NCBI GenBank assembly: GCA_963823555.1
Contig: CAWGMA010000003.1
Span: 227,614-291,613, forward strand
DNA: 64,000 bases
Origin: Candidatus Eiseniibacteriota bacterium
GTDB taxonomy: Bacteria; Eisenbacteria; RBG-16-71-46; CAVPCR01
Direction: 5' to 3'
Positions 18,691-28,428 of this stretch are shown here, in pieces; position 1 is the stretch's first letter; every line of letters starts with the position of its first letter. Position numbers and translations under genes: made by a program. The notes under the pieces are model-generated. The model was not told the origin of the DNA. It saw nothing but the letters and a program-made list of their open reading frames with translations, and ran no database searches.

Positions 18691-19943
18691 TGGGCCCGAT
18701 GCGCGCATCACTCGCCCGGAGGCGGCCACAGCCGGCAGCTGAGATGGAAAGGCCCGGCCCTGGCTCGACGACGTGGGCCGTCATCATCTTCGGGCTTCAG
18801 CTCCTCGTCCTTGGGTCCACTGTGTCCTGGGCGGATTCCATCGTGCAGCGCGAGTTGCAGCCGTTCGATGTCGGTCCGACTCCGATCGGCGCCACCTCGA
18901 TCGATGTCGGTCTCAACTACCGCACCTGGTCCATCCAGCAGGAGAGCGGCGACTCGAGCGTCGATCAGTTCGCCGTACCCGTCTTCGTGCGCACATCGCT
19001 CACGAAGAGCCTCGATTTCTCCTACCTGTTCAGCGCCGCCTCCTCCGGCCTCTCCCTCGGTGCCGGTGAGGAAGGAACGCTCGAGGGTGTGACCGACGGC
19101 AAGCTCGGCGTCAACTACCTCCTCCCCGGCAATCGCGTCTCCCTCGGGCTCGGCGTGCGTGTGCCCACCGGCGAGAGCGTCCTCGATCCGCAGGAGGATG
19201 CGGTGGCCCGGGTCCTCAATGACCGCATCCTCGGATTCTGGGTGAAACGCTACGGGGAGGGCACCGATGTCGAGATGCGCGGCGGCTACTCGGCCGTCCT
19301 GGGGCGCGGCGTCGCCCTCGCGGGTGGTGTCTCCTACACCCTGAAGGGCGACTTCCCCTTCCAGGACCCCCTGTCCGGAGTCGAGGCCAACTACGAGCCT
19401 GGAGATGAGCTATCGGTTCTGGTCCGACTCGAGGCGCGGGCCATCGCCCGGGACTGGCGGACTCAGGTTCGTTTCGCCACGTACGGAACCGATCAGCGCG
19501 ACGGCGTGGACGAGATCCAGGAAGGGAGCGAGGTCGAGCTCGGCTTGACCATGGCCGAGGAGCATCTGGCGGGGGTCCTCGAGCTCGACGCGGGAGCGCT
19601 CTTCAAGCAAGACACCGAGATCGTGAGCGCCGAGGGCGCGTCTCCGGTCCGTGATGTCGGTGGCAATATCTTGCGAGTAGGAGGGGGATTCTACGGCAAG
19701 CTGAGCGCGGCGAGCCGTCTGGGCGGACGGGTCGGAGCCAGCTGGTACGGCGAAGCGAAAAGCGGCACGGGCGATGGTTTCGTGTTCGAGGTCGGTCCGC
19801 GCTACCGGCGGCAGTTCGGATCCGCCATCACTGCCGATCTTGCCTACACCTTCTATGCGGGTAATGCCGAGGACAAGACCATCGATTTGATCGGTCACGA
19901 CGTGACGATCGCGTTCGGACTCCTCGCCTGGGGCCGGCGATGA
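18687..19943 (+). CDS. putative outer-membrane beta-barrel protein
   Basis: The signal peptide is ...WAVIIFGLQLLVLGSTVSWA|DS. It is followed by a long run of alternating hydrophobic/polar short strands rich in G, Y and aromatic residues. The ATG at 18687 overlaps the upstream stop (ATGA); an alternative ATG is at 18744. No named family was recognised. Confidence 0.5.
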   Translation: MMGPMRASLARRRPQPAAEMERPGPGSTTWAVIIFGLQLLVLGSTVSWADSIVQRELQPFDVGPTPIGATSIDVGLNYRTWSIQQESGDSSVDQFAVPVFVRTSLTKSLDFSYLFSAASSGLSLGAGEEGTLEGVTDGKLGVNYLLPGNRVSLGLGVRVPTGESVLDPQEDAVARVLNDRILGFWVKRYGEGTDVEMRGGYSAVLGRGVALAGGVSYTLKGDFPFQDPLSGVEANYEPGDELSVLVRLEARAIARDWRTQVRFATYGTDQRDGVDEIQEGSEVELGLTMAEEHLAGVLELDAGALFKQDTEIVSAEGASPVRDVGGNILRVGGGFYGKLSAASRLGGRVGASWYGEAKSGTGDGFVFEVGPRYRRQFGSAITADLAYTFYAGNAEDKTIDLIGHDVTIAFGLLAWGRR

Positions 19944-20827
19944 GGGGGCCGCTGACCTCGCGGCGCGCCCTGCGCGCGGTCGCGCTCCTCGCCATCCTCA
20001 TCATCGGCGCCGACTGCGCCCACGATCCGGCCGTGGCCCCCATCGTGGCCCCTGGCGCCGTGTCCTTCGCCGTCCATGTGGTCGAGGGTCCACTGGCGCC
20101 CGCCGCGGGAGCTCCAGGTGTCCGGGGGGCGGCTCCCTGCGAGCCCGTACCGACCGGATTTCCGACCGAGGTCGAAGTCGAGATCGACCTCCGTTCCGAG
20201 GTCGGAGAGACGAGCACGCACACCTTCACGATCCCGGCGCGCACCGAGTCGAGTGACCTCGTCATCGGCGACCTGCCTCCGGGGAGTGGCTACTCGGCGC
20301 AGCTCACCGTGACGGCCCTCAAGGAGATCGTGTTCACGGGTCATGGCGGTCCGTTCGCCGTGCCCTCCGGGTCCAGACAGCGGATCGTCGTTCCGCTCTA
20401 CCCCACCGGCCGCCGGGCGGTGCTCGCGATCGGCGCGCCGCAGATCGCGGCCAATGACGAGATCGTGATCCCCGTCATGGCGTCCCACTCGGCGCCCGTG
20501 CGCGCGATCGAGCTCGATCTCTGCTTCGATTCGGCTCTCCTCGAGCCGCTCGGGGCTGCGGCGACGGGAACCAGGGTCGCCGCCTTCCGCGGCGCGGGCG
20601 GCCAGCCCGGGGTCCCCGGTCTCTACCGCGCCGTCTTGTGGTCGGAGGACGGCGCAGCCAGGATCGCCCCCGGCCAGGACGAGGTGCTCGAGATCCGATT
20701 CCGTTTCCGGCCGGAGGCGCCGGGCGACCTCGTGACCGATCTCATCTTCCAGGGCGCCATCTTCACCGATGCCGCGGCTGAGCCGCCCTTCACGGTCTAC
20801 TTCTTCGACGGCCAGGTGCGGCGATGA
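19940..20827 (+). CDS. lipoprotein with cohesin-like C-terminal domain
   Basis: The lipobox is LAILIIGADC. The C-terminal ~125 aa (IVIPVMASHSAPVRAIELDLCFDSALLEP...DEVLEIRFRFRPEAPGDLVTDLIFQG) follow the type I cohesin pattern. The start overlaps the upstream stop (ATGA). Confidence 0.55.
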   Translation: MRGPLTSRRALRAVALLAILIIGADCAHDPAVAPIVAPGAVSFAVHVVEGPLAPAAGAPGVRGAAPCEPVPTGFPTEVEVEIDLRSEVGETSTHTFTIPARTESSDLVIGDLPPGSGYSAQLTVTALKEIVFTGHGGPFAVPSGSRQRIVVPLYPTGRRAVLAIGAPQIAANDEIVIPVMASHSAPVRAIELDLCFDSALLEPLGAAATGTRVAAFRGAGGQPGVPGLYRAVLWSEDGAARIAPGQDEVLEIRFRFRPEAPGDLVTDLIFQGAIFTDAAAEPPFTVYFFDGQVRR

Positions 20828-23800
20828 GCGCGCGCCCCCACCGCATTCGTCCGGTGCTCGCGGTCTGGCTCGGCCTCCTCGCCGCGACCTGTTGCCTGGC
20901 TGCCTCCGCATGGGCGCAGTCGCCGCCGGTCGCCGATCCCGGCGGACCGTACTCCGGCAACGAAGGCCAGCCGATCGCCTTCGATGGAACGGGCTCCTTC
21001 GATCCGGACGGTGGCCTCCTCGGCTACGTCTGGGACTTCGGAGACGGGACCACCGCCACCGGTGCCACGCCGAGTCACACCTACGCCGCCGGCGGTCCCT
21101 TCGTCGTGACGCTCACGGTCACCGACCCCGAGTTCCTGACCGACGTCGCCACGACGACGGCCACGGTGAACCGGACGCCGGCCGCGAATCCGAACGGTCC
21201 CTATGCGGCCAACCTGGGCCAGCCGATCAGCTTCTCGTCGGCGGGGTCGAGCGATCCGGACGGCGATCAGCTCAGCTACCTCTGGGACTTCGGTGACGGA
21301 TCCACCGCCACGCAGCGCAATCCGAACCATACGTACTCGAGCGGAGGCATCTTCACGGTCACCCTCACCGTGACCGATCCCGGCGGGCTATCGGATGCAG
21401 GAACGACGACGGCGACGGTGAACCGCCCGCCGGTGGCGAATCCGAACGGTCCCTATACGGCCAACCTGGGCCAGCCGATCGCGTTCTCGTCGGCGGGCTC
21501 GAGCGATCCCGACGGCGACACGCTCACCTACCGGTGGGACTTCGGGGACGGCTCGACCTCGACTGCGGCCAACCCGACGAAGACGTACGCGACGGGAGGC
21601 GTGTTTGTCGTTCTCCTCCAGGTCATGGATCCGGGAGGGCTCACGAACCAGGTCTCGACGACGGCGACGATCAACCGGCCGCCGGTGGCGGAGGCGAACG
21701 GTCCCTATACGGCCAGCCTGGGGCAGCCGATCAACTTCTCGTCGGCGGGCTCGAGCGATCCCGACGGCGATACGCTCGCCTATCTGTGGAGCTTCGGGGA
21801 CGGGACGACGTCGACGCAGGCCAACCCGACGAAGACGTACGCGGTGGGTGGCGTGTACACGGTGACCTTGCGGGTGACCGATCCGGGCGGGCTCTTCGCC
21901 GAGGACACGGCCGAGGCCACGATCGCCCGCCCGCCGGTGGCGAACGCCAACGGTCCCTACACGGGGAACCAGGGGCAACCGATCGCATTCTCGTCGGCGG
22001 GCTCGAGCGATCCGGATGGCCAGGCGCTGACCTACCTGTGGACGTTTGGTGACGGGACGACCTCGACTGCGGCCAATCCGACGAAGACGTACGCGGTGGG
22101 CGGCGTGTACACGGTGACGTTGCGCGTGACCGATCCGGATCTCCTGTTCGATGAGGACACGACGACGGCGACGATCAACCGGCCGCCGGTGGCGGAGGCG
22201 AACGGTCCCTACACGGGGAACCAGGGCTCACCGATCGCATTCTCGTCGGCGGGCTCGAGCGATCCGGATGGCCAGGTGCTGACCTATCTCTGGACGTTTG
22301 GCGACGGGACGACCTCGACGCAGGCCAATCCGGCGAAGACGTACGTGGTGGGTGGTGTGTACACGGTGACGCTCAGAGTGACGGATCCGGGCGGGCTCTT
22401 CAGCGAGGACACGGCCGAGGCGACGGTGAACCGGCCGCCGGTGGCGGAGGCGAACGGTCCCTACACGGGGAACCAGGGCTCACCGATCGCATTCTCGTCG
22501 GCGGGCTCGAGCGATCCGGATGGCCAGGCGCTCACCTATCTCTGGACCTTCGGCGACGGGACGACCTCGACGGCGGCCAATCCGACGAAGACGTACGCCG
22601 TGGGTGGCGTGTACACGGTGACGCTCCGGGTGACGGATCCGGGCGGGCTCTTCAGCGAGGACACGGCCGAGGCGACGGTCAACCGGCCGCCGGTGGCGGA
22701 GGCGAACGGTCCCTACACGGGGAACCAGGGTCAGGCGATCGCGTTCTCGTCGGCGGGCTCGAGCGATCCGGAGGGCGGCGCGCTCACCTATCTCTGGAAC
22801 TTCGGAGACGGCTCGACCTCGACTGCGGCCAATCCGAGTCACACCTATGCGACCGGCGGCGTCTTCGCCGCAACGCTCCGGGTGACGGATCCGGGGGGGC
22901 TCTTCAGCGAGGACGCGGCTGCGGTCCGCGTGAACCGGCCGCCGGTGGCGGAGGCGAACGGTCCCTATACGGCCAGCCTGGGGCAGCCGATCAACTTCTC
23001 GTCGGCGGGCTCGAGCGATCCCGACGGCGACGCGCTCGCCTATCTGTGGACCTTCGGGGACGGGACGACCTCGACGCGGCCAATCCGACGAAGACGTACG
23101 CGGTGGGTGGCGTGTACACGGTGACCTTGCGCGTGACCGATCCGGGCGGGCTCTTCGCCCAGGATACGACGACCGCCACGATCGCCCGGCCGCCGGTGGC
23201 GAACGCCAACGGTCCCTACGCGGGGAACCAGGGCCAGCCGATCGCGTTCTCGTCGGCGGGCTCGAGCGATCCGGATGGCCAGGCGCTGACCTACCTGTGG
23301 ACGTTTGGCGACGGGACGACCTCGACGGCGGCCAATCCGACGAAGACGTACGCGGTGGGTGGCGTGTACACGGTGACGCTCCGGGTGACCGACCCGGATC
23401 TCCTGTTCGATGAGGACACGACGACGGCCACGATCAACCGGCCGCCGGTGGCGGAGGCCAATGGGCCCTACACGGGGAACGCGGGTCAGCCGATTGCATT
23501 CTCGTCGGCGGGCTCGAGCGATCCGGAGGGCGGTGCGCTCACGTATCTCTGGACCTTCGGCGACGGGACGACCTCGACGGCAGCCAATCCGGCGAAGACA
23601 TACGCGGTGGGTGGTGTGTACGCGGTGACGCTCAGAGTGACGGATCCGGGCGGGCTCTTCAACGAGGACACGGCCGAGGCGACGGTGAACCGGCCGCCGG
23701 TGGCGAACGCCAACGGTCCGTACGCGGGGAACCAGGGCTCACCGATCGCGTTCTCGTCGGCGGGTTCGAGCGATCCGGATGGCCAGGCGCTGACCTACCT

Positions 23801-26800
23801 TTGGACGTTCGGCGACGGGACGACGTCGACGCAGGCCAATCCGGCGAAGACATACGCGGTGGGTGGCGTGTACGCGGTGACGCTCCGGGTGACGGATCCG
23901 GGCGGGCTCTTCAACGAGGACACGGCGCAGGCGACGGTCAATCGCCCGCCGGTGGCCGAGGCCGGCCCGCCCTCGGCGCCGATCTACAACGGAGACCGCG
24001 GCGTCCCGATCGCGTTCTCGTCGGCGGGTTCGAGCGACCCTGACGGAGATGCGCTGACATATCTCTGGGAGTTCGGCGACGGGACGACCTCGACCCAGGC
24101 CAATCCGTCGAAGACCTACGCCCAGGGCGGCGCCTACACCGCGACCCTGCGCGTTCGCGACCCCGGGGGCCTGATCGGGACAGACACCGCCCCCGTGCTC
24201 GTGAACGACCTCGTCGTCACGGCGCCGGCGGCCGGAGTGGTGTGGTCGGAAGGCTCGACGCAGTCGATCCAGTGGACCGCGATCGGGTCGATCGGCCAGG
24301 TGGCCGTCGAGTACCGCCTGCGGCCCACCTCGACGTGGACGCTCATCGGCACCGCGCCGGCGGATGCCGGCTCTCTCCAGTGGCAGGTGCCGGACATCGG
24401 CAGTGCAGACGAGACCGGCGTCCTCGTCCGCGTCCGCCGCGCCGCGGATCCGCAGCTCGAGGACCGGAGCGATCCCTTCACGATCCGGAACCGCGTGCTC
24501 ACGGTCACCGCGCCGGCGAGCGGGGACTCCTTCTACGAGACGACGGTCACCGACATCAGGTGGACGAGTGTCGGATTCGTATCGCAGGTGCGGCTCGAGG
24601 TCCGCCTGTCGCCGACGGGCGCCTGGCAGCAGATCGCCGCCACCGAGCCCAACGACGGCCGCTATACCTGGACCGTGCCCGAAGTAGCGGCGACCCAGAA
24701 CCGCGCCCAGGTGCGCATCCTGGATGCCGCCGACACCCTGTCCACGCGGGACACGAGCGACGAGTTCACGATCCGCAACCGTTCACTCGCGATCTCGTCG
24801 CCGTCGGCCGGAGTCGTGTGGTCCGAGGCCTCCAGCCAGACGATCGAGTGGACGGTGAACGGGCCGGTGGGGGATGTCGCCATCGAATTCCGCCGGAACC
24901 CGCTCGAGATCTACCAGGAGATCGCGCGGCGGCCCGCGACCGATGGGAGCTATGTCTGGCTCGTGGCGGCGGTGACGCAGGATCAACCCCAGGCGCAGGT
25001 CCGGATCCGGGAGCTCGACCCGCGAAGCGATCCGATCAACAGCGAATCCCAGCTCTTCATCATCCAGAACCGCGCTCTCTCGATCGTCGATCCGGCACCG
25101 GGCAGCGAGATCTCGGAACGCATCCAGACGCCGATCACGTGGTCGAGCGCCGGACTCATCGACAACGTGCGGATCGAGTTCCGGCGCCGGCCCGCTGATG
25201 CCTGGGAGGCCGTTGCCGCCTCCGTGCCCAACTCCGGTTCCTACCAGTGGAACACGCCGGAGGTGGCGGCCGACGAGCCGGAAGCGCAGATCCGCATCAC
25301 GGATGTCGCGGTCGGCCCGGATCTCGCTCAGGCTCTGAGCCAACCCTTCACCCTGGTCAATCGCACGCTCACGCCGGTCCTGCCCGCGCCCGGGAGCATC
25401 GAGTGCGAGGCGGACACGGTTGCGATCGTGTGGGAGACGCGGGGTTCGGTTCCGACCGTGGACATCGAGTGGCGCATCGACCCCGATTCGGCCTGGAATC
25501 CGGTGGTCACGGCCGTTCCCAACACGGGGTCCGCCCTCTTCCCGACTCCCGATGTCCCGGCCACGAGCGATCAGGTTCAGCTGCGCGTGCGACAGGCCAC
25601 GGACCAGACCGTGACGGCTACCTGGTCACCGTTCACGCTCACCAATCGCGCCATCGCCTTCCTGCGCCCGGTAGGTGGCGAAACCTACACCGAGGGCGAT
25701 GCCGTGCCCGTGAGCTGGCTCTCCGACTGCATCGATTCGGTGCTGGTGGAAGCTCGCATTCGCCCCGGCGCGGCGTGGGTGCCGCAGGGGCCTGGAGTAT
25801 GGCCCAACACCGAGCAGATCATCTGGACCGTGCTCCGCGTCGACCAGGAGGAGAACGCAGTTCAGCTCCGGATCTCGGACGCCTCGGATCCAGGCGCGGT
25901 GCTCTCGGTGTCGAACCCGTTCACCGTGCTCAACCGCGTGCTCGACGTGGTGCGTCCGACGGTGACCGACAGCCTCTCGGAAACGACCACCTTCCGGATC
26001 GAATGGGACTGGGCGGGGACCCTGCAGCGGGTCTCGATCGACTACCGACTCGATCCAGCGCTCGACTGGGTGCCGATCACGAGCAACGTGGCGAACACGG
26101 GCAGCTACAACTGGCAGGTGCCGCTCGTGGATCGCGACTATCGCGCAGCCCAGATCCGCGTCACCGACACCAACAACCCGGGCGTCTTCGACGAGGGTGA
26201 TCCCTTCATCATCATGAACCGCGCTCTTTTGATCACGCGCCCGGCGGTGCTCGACACGCTCACCGAGACGGCGGCCGATACCATCCGCTGGTCGACGCGG
26301 GGGGAGGTGCCGGTGGTGACGGTGAGCTATCGCGAGAGCCCGAGCGATACCTGGCAGGTGATCGCCTCGGAGCAGCCCAACACCGGCTTCCTGCCGTGGG
26401 TGGTGCCCGCGGTCAACGGGGACGCGACCGCGGCCCGGGTGCGTCTCGACTACCCGGCGGCCCCGGAGGTGACGGTGGAGAGCGGTCCTTTCGTCATCCT
26501 CGACCGCGCCTTCCTCGTGCTCTCCCCGGCCGGCGGCGAGAGCTGGTCCGAGGCCACGACACAGCTCCTCCGCTGGCGCACCGTGGGTGAGATCGATTCG
26601 GTGCGGATCGAGCTCGTGCTGCCGGGAGGCGGCAGTCAAGTGCTCTTCCCCTCGACGCCCAATGACGGCGAGGAGCCCTGGCTCGTCCCCGAGCTCTCGC
26701 TCACGCTCCCCGGCGTGCGCATCCGCGTCATCGATCCGCGGCCGCCGTCGACCGGGGCCACGTCGCAGCCATTCACGCTCGTGAACCGTTCGCTCACCAT

Positions 26801-27989
26801 CACCGCTCCGGCGCCGGGCGCGCGCGTCGAGTGGCGTATCGGCTCCACGCAGGCGATTCGGTGGGCGACCGCGGGTGTCGTCGATTCGGTGTCGATCGAG
26901 CTCGGGCGTGATGGTCCGGTGGGATCCTTCGAGACCGTGGTGGCATCGACGCCCAATGACGGCGAGTTCCTCTGGCTCGTGACCGCACCCGAGACCTTCA
27001 ATGCCGTGCTGCGCATGCGCGGGGTGGGGGTCCCGGATGTGGTCGCCATCACCCCCAGCGTCTTCGCGATCTACGACCTGGTGCCACCCGATCTGTGCGC
27101 CGACTTCGACCATTCCGGGAGCGTCACGCTCGACGAGCTGGTGCGTGTCGAGAGCATCATCATCGGGGATGCGGTGGCCAGCGAGGCCGATTCACTGGCC
27201 GCGGATGGAACCCGTGATGCGCTCATCGACGTTCGCGACATTCTCTGCGGCGTCGATGACATGATCGCGGGGGAGATCGCCGGGCGCGGGCGGCCCTTCG
27301 TGGATGCCGGGTTCGAGGAGAGCGCGGCCCATGGCGCGCTCATTGCCCTCGGCCCGCCACCGGCGGCCGGGATCGTGCCGATCGAGATCACGACCGCGGA
27401 CCCGCTGGCCGGCCTCCTGGTGGCGGTGGAGGTCGAGGGGGGGAGCGCCGACCCCGAGCTGGGCCCCGACGGGGAGGGGCTGGTCATGGTCTGGACCGCG
27501 ACTGGACCCGGACGCCTGACGGCGACCGTGCGCCGCACACCCGGCGGCCCCGTGCTGGCCGCGGGAACGAGCTGGCCTCTCCAGCTGCGAGTGCGCGCCG
27601 CAGCGACCGGCGATGTGATGGTGCGCGTCACGCGCGCGGAGGCAGTGGGGGTCGATGCGAACCCGAAGCCGGTGCATCTCCTGGCCGGCGAGGCGGCGGT
27701 CCTCCCGCTCCAGGTGGCGCTCGGACAGAACCGGCCGAACCCGTTCAATCCATCGACCGTGATCCCCTTCGAGCTGCCGGCGGCAGCGCGGGTCGAGCTC
27801 CGGGTGCATGACGTGGGCGGACGGCTGATCAAGCGCGTGATCGACGGCGCCACGTTCCCGGCGGGCTACCACAGCGCGCGCTGGGATGGGCGGGACGAGC
27901 GCGGACTCACCGTGGCGAGCGGAGTGTATCTGGCCACGCTCCGCGCGGGAGGGGAGACCTTCACCCGCAAGATGATGGTGATCCGCTAG
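20824..27989 (+). CDS. giant (~2,388 aa) surface protein: 13 PKD + 10 Ig-like repeats + dockerin-like + cohesin-like + C-terminal sorting domain; interrupted by one frameshift
   Basis: Track ORFs 20824..23124 and 23046..27989 are one gene split at about 23077 by a missing base. It has a signal peptide (VLAVWLGLLAATCCLAASAWA). The motif W(D/T/S/N/E)FGDG(T/S)T occurs 13 times. Ten units end in F(T/I/V)(I/L/V)xNR. The dockerin-like segments are DFDHSGSVTLDEL and ADGTRDALIDVRDIL. The terminal domain is NRPNPFNPSTVIPFEL...SGVYLATLRAGG. Confidence 0.8.
20923..24206 (+). repeat. 13 tandem 252-bp (84-aa) PKD-domain coding repeats
   Basis: The unit boundary AACCGGCCGCCGGTGGC recurs, for example at 22177 and 22429 (252 bp apart). 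Neighbouring units share stretches of about 100 identical nt. Confidence 0.85.
24207..27060 (+). repeat. about 10 tandem ~285-bp (~95-aa) divergent Ig-like coding repeats
   Basis: The recurrent pattern is xxxPxxGxxWxxGxxxxIxW...G...V.IE(Y/F)R.....W..I....N.G.Y.W.VP......A.(V/I)R(V/I)......S..F.(I/L).NR. Confidence 0.7.
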
Positions 27990-28083
27990 CGCGCGCGGCC
28001 GTCGCTGCGATAGAATCCCGGCCCCCCTGGCCCCCTTGCCCTGGCCCCCGTCTGCGGCTCACTCCCGCATCGAGGAGCAGTCC

Positions 28084-28419
28084 ATGTCCGAGACTTACTA
28101 CAAGCCCGCCGACCTGTCGCGCTTTGCCGAGATGGGTGAGGGTGCCCCCGAGCTCTGGAAGAAGTACATGGAGTACTACTCTGCGGTGTTCGCCGAGGGG
28201 GCCCTCGGCGAGCGGGAGAAGTCCCTGATCGCGCTCGCGGTGGCCACCGCCGTGCAATGTCCGTACTGCATCGATGCCTACACCCAGGCCTGCCTCGAGA
28301 AGGGGTCGAACCTGGAGCAGATGACCGAGGCCATCCATGTCGCCAACGCGATTCGCGGCGGAGCATCCCTGGTGCACGGGGTGCAGATGAAGAACATCGT
28401 CTCCAAGCTGGGCATGTAG
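28084..28419 (+). CDS. AhpD/carboxymuconolactone-decarboxylase-like protein (arsenosugar-biosynthesis-associated peroxidase-like)
   Basis: Trimmed to MSETYYKPADL after GAGGAG. It carries the CxxC motif VQCPYCIDAY and sits immediately upstream of the ArsS-type radical SAM gene, the usual pairing. Confidence 0.7.
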   Translation: MSETYYKPADLSRFAEMGEGAPELWKKYMEYYSAVFAEGALGEREKSLIALAVATAVQCPYCIDAYTQACLEKGSNLEQMTEAIHVANAIRGGASLVHGVQMKNIVSKLGM

Positions 28420-28428
28420 GGCGGGCGC

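Noticed and set aside
20923-24206. Regular tandem repeats considered as a CRISPR array
   Set aside because: The period is 252 bp with no unique spacers. The whole array is one open reading frame encoding PKD domains.
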